From Pseudomonadota bacterium (lineage in GTDB: Bacteria > Pseudomonadota > Gammaproteobacteria > Poriferisulfidales > JAYYZZ01): DNA of 64,000 bases. A program made the translations under genes and the position numbers. This document shows positions 1 through 10,163 of the stretch, in pieces; position 1 is the first letter of the stretch; every line of letters begins with the position of its first letter. The notes beneath the pieces were generated by a model, which was not told the origin of the DNA, did no database searches, and was given only the letters and a program-made list of their open reading frames with translations. The stretch spans positions 20,405 through 84,404 of the forward strand of contig JAYYZZ010000002.1 in the NCBI GenBank assembly GCA_036687665.1. The letters run 5' to 3'.

Positions 1-1
1 T

Positions 2-142
2 TCAAATGTCTTTGCACGAGAAGAGTTTCGAAAAAAATCATACTTATCTGATATTGCGGTTGGTGTTATTTCTGGGATGGGAGTGCATGGTTATGAATTA
101 GCGCTTTCAGCTGCTGCACAAATGTTGAAAAGCAAAGACTAG
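2..142 (+). CDS. aroQ: 3-dehydroquinate dehydratase type II, C-terminal fragment (gene begins upstream of window)
   Basis: Frame-2 translation [46 protein letters not shown] matches the conserved AroQ C-terminus. aroQ-accB-accC is a common proteobacterial order. Not in the ORF track because it is partial. Confidence 0.8.
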   Translation, partial: SNVFAREEFRKKSYLSDIAVGVISGMGVHGYELALSAAAQMLKSKD

Positions 143-150
143 AGGCATAG

Positions 151-585
151 ATGGATATACGTAAAGTTAAAAAATTAATCGAACTTTTAGAAGAATCTGA
201 TGTTGCTGAAATTGAGATTAAAGAGGGAGAAGAAGCGGTCAGAATAAGTAAAGAGGGAGCGCAAATTCAAAGTAATATTGTGCCACCGACATCACTCCCT
301 GCATCAGCCCCTGCCGAGAAATTAGCAAACGTTGAAGAAAAATTGCCAGAAGGGCATCAGGTTGCTTCTCCAATGGTAGGAACTTATTATGCAGCATCAG
401 CCCCCGGCGCAAAACCTTTTGTGCAGGTGGGAGATACAGTTTCCCCTGGCGATACTCTATGTATTATTGAAGCTATGAAAATGTTAAATCAAATAGAATC
501 AGATAAAGCGGGAACCATAATCGCAGTATTAGTTGAGAATGCACAACCTGTAGAATTTGGGCAGCCTCTGTTTATTATTTCGTAG
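151..585 (+). CDS. accB: biotin carboxyl carrier protein of acetyl-CoA carboxylase
   Basis: Biotinyl-lysine motif EAMKM in the C-terminal lipoyl-like domain, Ala/Pro-rich linker, followed by accC. Confidence 0.95.
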   Translation: MDIRKVKKLIELLEESDVAEIEIKEGEEAVRISKEGAQIQSNIVPPTSLPASAPAEKLANVEEKLPEGHQVASPMVGTYYAASAPGAKPFVQVGDTVSPGDTLCIIEAMKMLNQIESDKAGTIIAVLVENAQPVEFGQPLFIIS

Positions 586-597
586 ACGGAGAGACTA

Positions 598-1956
598 ATG
601 TTAGAGAAAGTCGTTATTGCCAACAGGGGCGAGATAGCTCTCCGTATTATGCGCGCTTGCCGTGATTTGAATATTAAGACTGTCGCAGCACATTCTGAGG
701 AGGATCGAAGCTTAATGCATGTTCGCCTCGCAGATGAATCTGTATGTATTGGACCCGCCTCGCTAGAGGAAAGTTATTTAAATATCCCCGCAATTATTAG
801 TGCTGCAGAAGTTACTAATGCTGATGCAATACACCCTGGATATGGATTCCTATCAGAAAATGCTGATTTTGCTGAGAGAGTAGAATCTAGCGGATTCCTG
901 TTTATAGGACCTACAGCAGAAACTATAAGGCTTATGGGGGATAAAGTCACTGCACGCAAAGCAATGGAAGACGCGGGTATCCCTTGCATACCAGGGACCG
1001 AAGCAATTAAGCCTGGCAAAAAGAGTCATTCTATAAGCGCGGCCAAGAAACTCGGGTATCCCATTATCATAAAAGCTGCAAAAGGCGGCGGCGGTCGTGG
1101 CATGCGAATTGTGCATGAAGAAAAACAACTACTAAAATCTATAGATCTAACACGCTCAGAGGCACGCTCTGCTTTTGGTGATGACACTATTTATTTTGAA
1201 AAATTTTTACAAGACCCGCGACACATAGAATTTCAAATACTGTCAGATTCTCATGGTAATACGATCCACATAGGTGAAAGGGATTGTAGCTTACAAAGAA
1301 GACATCAAAAGATTATCGAAGAGGCACCGGCTCCTAACATCAACGAGACCAAAAGAGATGAGTTAGCAGCAAAAATCGTTCAAGCTTGTAAAAAAATTGG
1401 ATACAGAAATGCGGGGACTTTTGAATTTCTATATGAAAATGATGAATTTTATTTTATTGAAATGAACACAAGAATACAGGTTGAGCATCCTATTACAGAG
1501 ATGATCTCCGGGATTGATATTGTAAGACAGCAGCTCAAAATTGCTGCAGGGGATGAGCTTAGCTATTCTCAAGATGAGGTTCGTTTACGCGGACATGCAA
1601 TTGAGTGTCGTATCAATGCCGAAGATCCAGAAAATTTTACTCCAAGCCCAGGGACTGTTGACCAGTTCCATGCCCCAGGAGGGCCAGGTGTTCGCATTGA
1701 TACACATATTTATAATGGGTATGTTGTATCACCTTATTATGATTCAATGTTGGGGAAATTGATAACGTATGGAAATACAAGAGAAGCTGCAACACGTCGC
1801 ATGATACGCGCCTTAAACGAGATTGTCGTAGATGGCATAAAGACGAATATACCTTTTCATATTGGCTTAATCAGCAGCGAAGCATTTTCGAATGCTGCCC
1901 TCAATATTCATTATTTGGAAGATTATATTCTCAAGACTAAAGAGGCAAAAGAGTAA
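598..1956 (+). CDS. accC: biotin carboxylase subunit of acetyl-CoA carboxylase
   Basis: 452 aa ATP-grasp protein with GGGGRGMR loop and [11 protein letters not shown] block. 12 nt downstream of accB. Confidence 0.95.
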   Translation: MLEKVVIANRGEIALRIMRACRDLNIKTVAAHSEEDRSLMHVRLADESVCIGPASLEESYLNIPAIISAAEVTNADAIHPGYGFLSENADFAERVESSGFLFIGPTAETIRLMGDKVTARKAMEDAGIPCIPGTEAIKPGKKSHSISAAKKLGYPIIIKAAKGGGGRGMRIVHEEKQLLKSIDLTRSEARSAFGDDTIYFEKFLQDPRHIEFQILSDSHGNTIHIGERDCSLQRRHQKIIEEAPAPNINETKRDELAAKIVQACKKIGYRNAGTFEFLYENDEFYFIEMNTRIQVEHPITEMISGIDIVRQQLKIAAGDELSYSQDEVRLRGHAIECRINAEDPENFTPSPGTVDQFHAPGGPGVRIDTHIYNGYVVSPYYDSMLGKLITYGNTREAATRRMIRALNEIVVDGIKTNIPFHIGLISSEAFSNAALNIHYLEDYILKTKEAKE

Positions 1957-1992
1957 TGAAAATACTGTGGCTGTTCTGTGATACTAGAAAGA

Positions 1993-2253
1993 ATGAGTAA
2001 GGTAAAAAAAGATATTTATAAGAGCACTAAGATAGTTAGCGAATCTATTCGAATAGCACTGGAGGATTATTTCGAGAATTTGGAGGGCTATGCCCCTGAT
2101 AACCTATATGCTTTAGTGCTTCAGGAGGTTGAAAAACCTATTTTTGAAGTAACTCTAGGCCATTGCTCAGGAAATCAGTCAAAAGCTGCAAAATTTCTCG
2201 GCATAAGTCGCGGCACATTACGCAAGAAAATGAAATTATATGAGATAGACTAA
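1993..2253 (+). CDS. fis: DNA-binding protein Fis
   Basis: C-terminal HTH GNQSKAAKFLGISRGTLRKKMKLYEI and LYALVLQEVEKP block as in Fis. I prefer the ATG at 1993 (MSKVKK) over the track's GTG at 1978; the start is uncertain. Confidence 0.85.
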   Translation: MSKVKKDIYKSTKIVSESIRIALEDYFENLEGYAPDNLYALVLQEVEKPIFEVTLGHCSGNQSKAAKFLGISRGTLRKKMKLYEID

Positions 2254-2316
2254 GTTTATTTTTTTAGGATAGCTCTCTCTTATTTGGTATTATAACCATC
2301 TACTTTATCTTGTGAC

Positions 2317-3888
2317 TTGAGTAAAACTTTAGACAACCTGAAAATTTCTTCTGCACTTATCAGTGTTTCCGATAAGACTAACCTTCTTGAATTCGCTGAA
2401 TTTCTAACCAGCCAAGGTATTTCTGTCATTTCATCAGGGGGTACAGCAGATTTTTTGCGTAAAAATGGCATAGATGCTCAGGAAATATCCTCATACACGA
2501 ACTTTCCAGAAATTATGGATGGAAGAGTAAAAACACTTCATCCAATGATTCATGCAAGTTTGCTAGCGAGGAAGGGAATTGACGATCAAATTATGGATGA
2601 GCATGGGGTGAAACCGATTGAATTACTCGTTGTTAATTTGTATCCATTCCAGGCTGCTATATCCCAAGAGGATTGCTCTTTAGATGTTGCTATTGAGAAC
2701 ATTGATATCGGCGGCCCAGCAATGGTGAGAGCAGCAGCTAAAAATTACCAGAACCGGTGTGTTGTTGTTGATCCTGATGATTACCAGGGAATTATTTCAG
2801 AGTTGCATGATAATGCTAATTGCTTATCAATGAAAACACGTTTTAGTTTTGCAGCAAAAGCTTTTGAGCATATAGCAGATTATGATTCTTCGATCTCTAA
2901 TTATTTTGGAAAGCAGTTTCCTGGATGTGAAGTTTTTCCACGAACTTTAAGCTTGCAGTTTACTAAAGTTAATAACTTAAGATATGGGGAGAACCCGCAT
3001 CAAATATCTGCTATTTATAAAGAAAGTAGTGCGGACCAAGATGGGATTTTTAGCCAGCAACAAGGAAAAGAGCTTTCATATAATAATGTTACAGACGTTG
3101 ATACTGCTTTTCAGTGTGTACAGCAATTTACCGATCCAGCTTGTGTAATTGTGAAACATGCAAATCCTTGCGGTGTTTCCATGAAGAAGGATTCTATTTC
3201 TGCTTACACTGCAGCGTATGCTGCTGATCCAACATCTGCATTTGGAGGGGTCATTGCATTTAATAGGGAGCTTGATTCAAAGACAGCGACAACTATAGTG
3301 GATAATCAATTTACCGAGGTCATAGTCGCTCCTAAAATCAGTAGACAAGCATCTGAAGTATTATCTAAACAAGATAAATTACGAGTGTTATGCATTCAGA
3401 ATAAATCAAACAATGAGAACCCTAAGTTAGATTTTAAGCAAGTATATGCAGGCATGCTTCTTCAATCCCAGGATACTGAGCTTGCTGATATGCATGATTT
3501 GTCAGTGGTTACTAAACGGAAACCAACAAAACAAGAGGAAGAAGATCTCATGTTTGCTTTCAAGGTCGTAAAATTCGTCAAATCTAACGCTATTGTTTTT
3601 GCCAAAAATCTATCTACGATAGGAGTAGGGGCGGGACAGATGAGTAGGGTTGATTCAGTTCGTCTAGCTGAGCTAAAAGCTATTGAATCTGGCAAAAATA
3701 TCCAAGGATCAGTTATGGCTTCTGATGCTTTTTTCCCTTTTTCTGACTCGATTGAATTAGCTGCAAAAATGGGCATATCAGCAGTTATTCAGCCCGGGGG
3801 TTCAGTGAAGGATCAAGAGGTTATCAATGCAGCAGATGAGAATAACATAGCCATGATATTCACTAAGATGAGACATTTTCGCCACTAA
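2317..3888 (+). CDS. purH: bifunctional AICAR formyltransferase / IMP cyclohydrolase
   Basis: 523 aa with ALISVSDK..GGTA, MDGRVKTLHP and C-terminal TKMRHFRH blocks typical of PurH. TTG start. purH-purD order. Confidence 0.95.
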   Translation: MSKTLDNLKISSALISVSDKTNLLEFAEFLTSQGISVISSGGTADFLRKNGIDAQEISSYTNFPEIMDGRVKTLHPMIHASLLARKGIDDQIMDEHGVKPIELLVVNLYPFQAAISQEDCSLDVAIENIDIGGPAMVRAAAKNYQNRCVVVDPDDYQGIISELHDNANCLSMKTRFSFAAKAFEHIADYDSSISNYFGKQFPGCEVFPRTLSLQFTKVNNLRYGENPHQISAIYKESSADQDGIFSQQQGKELSYNNVTDVDTAFQCVQQFTDPACVIVKHANPCGVSMKKDSISAYTAAYAADPTSAFGGVIAFNRELDSKTATTIVDNQFTEVIVAPKISRQASEVLSKQDKLRVLCIQNKSNNENPKLDFKQVYAGMLLQSQDTELADMHDLSVVTKRKPTKQEEEDLMFAFKVVKFVKSNAIVFAKNLSTIGVGAGQMSRVDSVRLAELKAIESGKNIQGSVMASDAFFPFSDSIELAAKMGISAVIQPGGSVKDQEVINAADENNIAMIFTKMRHFRH

Positions 3889-3908
3889 CTACAAAAAGAA
3901 GAAACAAT

Positions 3909-5180
3909 ATGAAGGTCTTAATAATAGGGGAAGGGGGGCGTGAACACGCCCTTGCGTGGAAGGTTGCGCTTTCCAATGCAGTTGACCATGTTTTTGTTGC
4001 ACCAGGCAATGCAGGGACAGCACTCGAAGAATGTATTACAAATATACCAATTGAGTCAGACAATTTTGAGTCGCTTAGTCAGTTTGCAATTGAGGAAAAT
4101 ATTAGTTTGACAATAGTGGGACCGGAGATCCCGCTAGTAAATGGCATAGTAGATTTCTTTCAGGAAAAGGGTTTGAAAATTTTTGGCCCTAGTAAGCAGG
4201 CATCACAACTCGAAGGATCAAAGAGTTATTGCAAAGATTTTTTAGTGAGGCATGAAATACCAACAGCCGCCTATTCTTCTTTTTCAAAAATGTCTGATGC
4301 TTTAGATTTTTTACAAACACAATCTTTTCCTATCGTAATAAAAGCCGACGGCCTTGCTGCTGGTAAGGGGGTAATAATTGCTCAGACACTGGCAGAAGCT
4401 CAAGAGGCTGTAGAAGGGATGATGTCAGGGGAGCTATTTGCTAGTGCAGGAGAGTCTGTTGTTATTGAGGATTATCTGGATGGAGAAGAGGCAAGCTTTA
4501 TTTGCCTTGTTTGTAACGATGTAATTGTACCTATGGCAACTTCTCAGGACCATAAAGCAAGAGATGATGGAGACGTGGGGCCAAATACTGGAGGGATGGG
4601 CGCATATTCACCAGCACCTGTTGTTACTGATAAGATTTATGAACGCGTTCTCCAAGATGTTATTAAGCCGACTGTTTTTGGAATGAAAAAAGATGGTGTC
4701 CCTTATACTGGCTTTTTATATGCCGGTTTAATTATTGGTAACGATGGTTCTATTAGTGTCTTGGAATATAACTGCCGATTAGGAGATCCTGAAACTCAAC
4801 CGATCATGATGAGGTTGGCATCAGATATTGCAGAAATTTGTTTTGATGCTGCATCAGGCACTATCAGAGATACTGCTTTAAAGTGGGATGAGCGTTTTTC
4901 TTTAGGGGTTGTCCTTGCTTCTGATGGCTATCCCCTCAAATACGAGGTTGGTAAAAACATAAGTGGTTTGAGCGATGGAGACTCAGGTGATGTTAAAGTT
5001 TTTCATGCAGGCACCTCATTTAAAGGAGAAGAAATTATCACAAATGGCGGCAGAGTTCTTTGTGTAACTGCTCTTGGCAACAACGTAGAAGATGCAAAAC
5101 GAACAGCTTATCAGAGAGCTGCTGAGATTAGTTGGGATGGTTTATATATGCGCTCCGATATAGGAGACAAATGCAAATAA
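3909..5180 (+). CDS. purD: phosphoribosylamine-glycine ligase
   Basis: 423 aa ATP-grasp protein. N-terminus MKVLIIGEGGREHALAWK and NCRLGDPETQ block typical of PurD. Confidence 0.95.
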   Translation: MKVLIIGEGGREHALAWKVALSNAVDHVFVAPGNAGTALEECITNIPIESDNFESLSQFAIEENISLTIVGPEIPLVNGIVDFFQEKGLKIFGPSKQASQLEGSKSYCKDFLVRHEIPTAAYSSFSKMSDALDFLQTQSFPIVIKADGLAAGKGVIIAQTLAEAQEAVEGMMSGELFASAGESVVIEDYLDGEEASFICLVCNDVIVPMATSQDHKARDDGDVGPNTGGMGAYSPAPVVTDKIYERVLQDVIKPTVFGMKKDGVPYTGFLYAGLIIGNDGSISVLEYNCRLGDPETQPIMMRLASDIAEICFDAASGTIRDTALKWDERFSLGVVLASDGYPLKYEVGKNISGLSDGDSGDVKVFHAGTSFKGEEIITNGGRVLCVTALGNNVEDAKRTAYQRAAEISWDGLYMRSDIGDKCK

Positions 5181-5191
5181 AAGGTAGTTAA

Positions 5192-6451
5192 TTAAGTACG
5201 TTTCATTGCCTCAAAAAGCTGGTCGTTTGTTTTTGTTGATTGCATTCTACCCAACAAAAATTCCATGGCTTCCAGCTCATCTTGTGGATGGAGAAATTTT
5301 CTTAGCACCCACATTTTTTGCAGTTCTTCAGGATCAGTTAATAATTCTTCACGCCTTGTCCCTGTTCTGTTTATATTTATAGCAGGGAAAATGCGTTTTT
5401 CTGAAATACGGCGGTCTAAGTGAATTTCTAAGTTGCCGGTGCCTTTAAATTCTTCATATATTACTTCATCCATCCTAGATCCGGTGTCGATTAAAGCTGT
5501 CGCAATTATGGTCAGACTACCACCTTCTTCGATGTTTCTTGCAGCACCAAAGAAACGCTTAGGTTTATGTAAAGCATTGGCATCTACACCCCCTGTTAAG
5601 ACTTTACCTGAGGAAGGTGCAACAGTATTGTATGCTCTTGCTAGACGTGTGATTGAATCAAGTAATATCACAACATCTTTTTTATGTTCTGTTAAACGTC
5701 TCGCTTTCTCAATTGTCATTTCCGCAACTTGTACATGTCTACTAGCTGGCTCATCAAATGTGCTTGAAATTACATCCCCTTGAACCATACGTTCCATCTC
5801 AGTTACTTCTTCAGGTCTTTCATCTACCAAAAGTACAATTAATTTAATATCCGGATTATTGGTAGTTATGCTTTGTGCAATATTTTGTAGCAGTAAAGTT
5901 TTACCTGCTTTCGGGGGAGACACAATCAATCCTCTTTGTCCTTTTCCAATTGGAGCGGTAAGATCAATTATTCGCGCTGTAATATCTTCTGTGCTGCCAT
6001 TCCCTCTTTCTAATTTTATTCTTTCATCAGGATGCAAAGGAGTTAAGTTTTCAAAAAGAATTTTACCCTTTGCGTTTTCAGGTTTCTCAAAGTTTATTTC
6101 ACTTACTTTTAGCATAGCAAAGTAACGTTCACCGTCTTTCGGCGGGCGAATTTTTCCAGATACAGTATCACCTGTTCTGAGAGAAAATCTGCGAATTTGG
6201 CTAGGTGAAACATAAATATCATCTGGCCCAGCTAAATAAGAGCAGTCTGCTGAACGTAAGAAACCAAAACCATCTTGTAAAATTTCTAGAACACCATTTC
6301 CAGTTATATCATCACCGTTTTTTGCGTGTGACTTGAGGATTGAAAATATTACGTCTTGTTTTCTTGAGCGTGCTGGATTTTCAACACCAACACTCTCAGC
6401 CATTTTTATTAGCTCAGGTACAGGTTTCTCTTTTAGTTCTGTTAAATCCAT
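5192..6451 (-). CDS. rho: transcription termination factor Rho
   Basis: 419 aa with long blocks matching E. coli Rho ([29 protein letters not shown]) and Walker A PPKAGKT. trxA lies upstream as in enterics. Confidence 0.97.
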   Translation of the reverse strand: MDLTELKEKPVPELIKMAESVGVENPARSRKQDVIFSILKSHAKNGDDITGNGVLEILQDGFGFLRSADCSYLAGPDDIYVSPSQIRRFSLRTGDTVSGKIRPPKDGERYFAMLKVSEINFEKPENAKGKILFENLTPLHPDERIKLERGNGSTEDITARIIDLTAPIGKGQRGLIVSPPKAGKTLLLQNIAQSITTNNPDIKLIVLLVDERPEEVTEMERMVQGDVISSTFDEPASRHVQVAEMTIEKARRLTEHKKDVVILLDSITRLARAYNTVAPSSGKVLTGGVDANALHKPKRFFGAARNIEEGGSLTIIATALIDTGSRMDEVIYEEFKGTGNLEIHLDRRISEKRIFPAININRTGTRREELLTDPEELQKMWVLRKFLHPQDELEAMEFLLGRMQSTKTNDQLFEAMKRT

Positions 6452-6452
6452 A

Positions 6453-6478
6453 TTTGATATTTTATTTTGATATTTTAT
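6453..6478 (-). repeat. perfect 13-bp tandem repeat (ATAAAATATCAAA x2 on the minus strand), 1 nt upstream of the rho ATG
   Basis: Forward tttgatattttat occurs at 6453-6465 and again at 6466-6478. No Shine-Dalgarno sequence lies between it and the start codon. Confidence 0.9.
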
Positions 6479-6711
6479 TGGTGTAGTTGTTGCGAGGCGC
6501 TCTGATTAGTTAACTAGTTATTTTAAAACTAGTTGATACTTTCTCATCGATTTTTTGTTTACATTTATATTGGGTTTTTAAAAAATTAAGATGTCTTCTA
6601 CAAAGCAACTTAAGTTTTTATTTGGGATCGATTTACGAACATTTCGGTTGTTTTTCATAGTTCGTAAGTGCCACGCTATCATTAATTAACTAGCACGTCT
6701 AGTCCTTTTTC

Positions 6712-7038
6712 TTACACATATTGGTCAATAAAAGCAGTCAGCTGTGATTTACTTAAGGCCCCGACTTTTGTCGCAGCTAACTCACCATGTTTGAAGATCA
6801 TCAGAGTCGGGATTCCGCGTACTACATATTTTTTTGGAGTTTCTTGATTCTCGTCTATGTTGAGTTTAGCTACTTTTAATTTTCCTGAATATTCCAATGC
6901 TATTTCATCAATCATTGGAGCTATCATGTTGCACGGGCCGCACCATTCAGCCCAATAGTCAACCAAGGTGGGTATATCAGAATCAAGCACTTCTTGGTCA
7001 AAAGTATCGTCTGTTATATCAACGATTTTTTCACTCAA
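6712..7038 (-). CDS. trxA: thioredoxin
   Basis: 108 aa with WCGPC active site and canonical thioredoxin length. Confidence 0.95.
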   Translation of the reverse strand: MSEKIVDITDDTFDQEVLDSDIPTLVDYWAEWCGPCNMIAPMIDEIALEYSGKLKVAKLNIDENQETPKKYVVRGIPTLMIFKHGELAATKVGALSKSQLTAFIDQYV

Positions 7039-7132
7039 ATTATTTTCTCCAAAATTGTATTGAAAGAATCCGTTTCAAAAAGTAAAGTACATATCTATTT
7101 TTAACGTATATGAATATTCTTTTCAAGCTAAA

Positions 7133-8014
7133 ATGCATTTAATTTTAAAAATATTTTTAACACTTGCATGCCTTCTTTTATCAGGTTTGGTGTATTCAGA
7201 CAACTCCAAACATATGTCAATTGATGACGAATGTAAATTAATAGGTTTAAAACTTGCTTCTGTGACAAAAGATGAGTGTTTGTCTGCAGGTTTGGTTGAG
7301 ACTGGTTACTACTCTGAATTAGGAAAAGCGATATTGGTGAAAGAGTTCCCTCCATTAAATATATCTAAACCTTTAGGGAGAATATTGTTGCTTGGTGGAA
7401 TTCATGGAGATGAGTATTCATCCATTAGTATTGTTTTTAAATGGCTACAAATACTAAACAAACATCACTCTGGATCATTCCATTGGCGTATTGCGCCGTT
7501 GGTTAACCCAGATGGCTTACTTCAGCAAGAGGCAACTCGTGTGAATTCCAATGGTGTAGATCTTAATCGTAATTTCGCAACTTTAGATTGGGAAAAATAC
7601 GCACAAGAATATTGGCGTATTGTTACAAACTCTGATTATAGAAAAAATCCAGGTAAATTCCCTTTGAGTCAGTCAGAATCTAAGTGGGTTGCTCAGGAAA
7701 TAAAAGAATTTGACCCTGATATTATAATTTCTATACATGCACCCCTGGACTTAGTTGATCTTGATGGGCCTAAGAACTTCATACCACTGCATATCGGCCA
7801 TTTAGAGCACAAGCGTTTAGGGAATTTTCCTGGCTCTCTGGGGCGTTATGGATGGCAAAACGGCATTCCTGTGCTAACAGTGGAACTTACATCATCAGGT
7901 ATTATGCCATCTAATATTGAAACTATTGAAATGTGGGAGGATATTGTTGCCTGGCTGTATACACATTTACCGATTGATTTAAATACGATTTATCGCAATG
8001 ATATTAGCGAATAA
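7133..8014 (+). CDS. exported M14-family zinc carboxypeptidase/amidase (MpaA/Csd4-like peptidoglycan peptide hydrolase)
   Basis: N-terminal signal peptide. M14 motifs GGIHGDE (HxxE), NPDG, DLNRNF and a late His (SIHAP). Confidence 0.8.
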   Translation: MHLILKIFLTLACLLLSGLVYSDNSKHMSIDDECKLIGLKLASVTKDECLSAGLVETGYYSELGKAILVKEFPPLNISKPLGRILLLGGIHGDEYSSISIVFKWLQILNKHHSGSFHWRIAPLVNPDGLLQQEATRVNSNGVDLNRNFATLDWEKYAQEYWRIVTNSDYRKNPGKFPLSQSESKWVAQEIKEFDPDIIISIHAPLDLVDLDGPKNFIPLHIGHLEHKRLGNFPGSLGRYGWQNGIPVLTVELTSSGIMPSNIETIEMWEDIVAWLYTHLPIDLNTIYRNDISE

Positions 8015-8020
8015 TACTTG

Positions 8021-9184
8021 CTATATTTTTTCCAAAATAATACGCCACTTATTATCTTTCTCCAGCTTCCAGTACAACTCTTTTTCTTCACCAGCAGCCT
8101 CGAAGTTATTGCTTTCATAGTCCTGTATAAATTTTGCCATAAACATATTTTTTTGATTTGGGTATAGAAATATATCTATGTTATTTATTTCTACACGTAT
8201 ATATTCTTTTTTTGGTGTTATTCGTTTTATATGTTTTTTTCTCTCGCTGTAGTTTTGATTCTTACTTTTGAATTCTGTTGAGTGTAGCGCAACCAAGCTT
8301 TCTGCGTTTAAGCTTTGCCATGTCTCCCTCCAGTTTTCCAAAACAGCCAAGGCTTGCTTGTTTTGCATCTCCCATTCTTCAGGTGTTAACCAGGTAATTT
8401 TATTTGTTATAAGGACGGGTGTTTTCCCTAAAGCGATTATGTTTTTCAAATTATCAATAGCCGCGTTACTTATCACAACGCAGCCTTCGCTATCTTTAGG
8501 AGGACGGCTGTATGTATCTCTTGGAACGCCGTGTATCCATATTCCATAACCTGTATATCCTTTTTCAGTGTCCCATGTGTTCGGATAATCTAATGTATAT
8601 GCGCCATTACCATAAAGCTCAGGCAAATCGTCATCATGTAGTGTTTCCAAGATCGTATAAATTCCTAACGGTGTTTTGTTGTCGCCTGTAGATTTTTTAC
8701 CACCACCTTTTTTCCCAATTGATACATAATGGTCAGCTACAACAACAGGGTGTTTAATATCATTTTTTACTACGTACATGCGATATGTTTGTGCTTCTAT
8801 TAAAAATACGTAGGGATAATTATTTGAAAGCTGAACAATAGATTTGGGGATTAGATTATTATATTTTGGTTTGAATTTTATTCTTGCAACAGCTTCGCTT
8901 CTAATATCGTCTATAGCTTTTTTATTAATGATTGGCTGAACATTGCTATGGATTGCTAGCAAATCTCCATATATCACTTGTCCTAGCTTGAACCTTGGAT
9001 ATTTTTCAACCAGATTTCTTGATAAATTTAAAGCTTCTAAAATATCTTGTTCGTTGACTTTTTCTATCGTTTGTTTCAGTTGTCTTTCGGCGTCATCATG
9101 CAGATGAAAGACTTCAGAATGATCTTGTGCATATGCTGTAAATGCAATAGTAAAGAGTAGTGTTTTGATAATTTTCTGTATCAA
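8021..9184 (-). CDS. exported L,D-transpeptidase-fold (YkuD) protein with C-terminal NTF2-like domain (Csd6-like architecture)
   Basis: Signal peptide. YkuD catalytic motif GIWIHG...DSEGCVVIS. The C-terminal about 110 aa (ALAVLENWRETWQ...WRIILEKI) resembles the tail of the neighbouring ORF. Confidence 0.8.
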   Translation of the reverse strand: MIQKIIKTLLFTIAFTAYAQDHSEVFHLHDDAERQLKQTIEKVNEQDILEALNLSRNLVEKYPRFKLGQVIYGDLLAIHSNVQPIINKKAIDDIRSEAVARIKFKPKYNNLIPKSIVQLSNNYPYVFLIEAQTYRMYVVKNDIKHPVVVADHYVSIGKKGGGKKSTGDNKTPLGIYTILETLHDDDLPELYGNGAYTLDYPNTWDTEKGYTGYGIWIHGVPRDTYSRPPKDSEGCVVISNAAIDNLKNIIALGKTPVLITNKITWLTPEEWEMQNKQALAVLENWRETWQSLNAESLVALHSTEFKSKNQNYSERKKHIKRITPKKEYIRVEINNIDIFLYPNQKNMFMAKFIQDYESNNFEAAGEEKELYWKLEKDNKWRIILEKI

Positions 9185-9199
9185 TATCTTACCCTCGGT

Positions 9200-10114
9200 T
9201 TATAAAAAAACTTTTTCTTTCATTATTTTCCAACCGTCGGTAGATTTTTGCATCAATAAGAATTTTCTTATTTTGTCAGAAAAGGTATTTGAGGTATAAA
9301 GCTGATGAAAGCGCACTATTGCAAAAGAATTATTTATTAATTCTATCTTAAATCGTGATAGTTTTATTTTTATAAATTTTGCAGATTTTATTCTATATTC
9401 TCGAGTTTTTTTCCAGTTTTCGTTCGTGACATCATTATTGGGTGTGTAGTTATCCACATATGCATTTAAGTAAGCATTGATATCTTTTTTTGACCAGGCA
9501 GTAATCCATTGCACGACACTTTCCTTGATTGCACTTTGTTCTTTCAGTACAGCCTCTTCACTAATTGTTATTTTATTAACAATAATATTTGACTGGGGCT
9601 GAACATCTACGATTTCTGGACAACTTATCGGCTCAGTGACGGTTTGAACTTTTATTTCATCGCATTCTTGGGGCAGAGCAGTTGCTTCTGTTTTTATGAT
9701 GCCGGTGGCAATTTTATTTGATAACTCAAGTACAGGTGATTCTATTTGTTCATTTTTACCAGACAAAGCATCACGGTATGCTAGTGCGGCTTGATATGAA
9801 AATATTTTATTAAGATTATCGTAGGTGATTTTTGCGCTTGGGTTTTTAGTCAAAGCAACTTGCAATAATGAGACTGCCTTTTGAAAATTACCCTTTCTTG
9901 CCGCTATGACAGCAAGGTTATTAAAAATTTCTGGTGTTGCTTCCGATTTACTAGACAATTTTTCAAGCATTAGCTCAGCTTGATCCATTTTACCTTCATT
10001 CAGTAGTTCTATCGCTTTCATAAAATCATCATTTTGTGATGCAAAACTTTGCTGTATTGATATAAATGTAAAGAGGAGAATTACAAGAGTTTTTAATTTA
10101 ATAGATTTAAGCAT
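9200..10114 (-). CDS. exported TPR protein with C-terminal NTF2/Csd6-type domain
   Basis: Signal peptide. TPR-like N-terminal helices. The C-terminus (VVQWITAWSKKDINAYLNAY...WKIMKEKV) looks like an NTF2/SnoaL-type fold, paralogous to the C-terminus of 8021..9184. Confidence 0.6.
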   Translation of the reverse strand: MLKSIKLKTLVILLFTFISIQQSFASQNDDFMKAIELLNEGKMDQAELMLEKLSSKSEATPEIFNNLAVIAARKGNFQKAVSLLQVALTKNPSAKITYDNLNKIFSYQAALAYRDALSGKNEQIESPVLELSNKIATGIIKTEATALPQECDEIKVQTVTEPISCPEIVDVQPQSNIIVNKITISEEAVLKEQSAIKESVVQWITAWSKKDINAYLNAYVDNYTPNNDVTNENWKKTREYRIKSAKFIKIKLSRFKIELINNSFAIVRFHQLYTSNTFSDKIRKFLLMQKSTDGWKIMKEKVFL

Positions 10115-10163
10115 CTGTTTTTAAAGTATTTTTACTTTTGTATCATTCACATTATAGGTTTTT

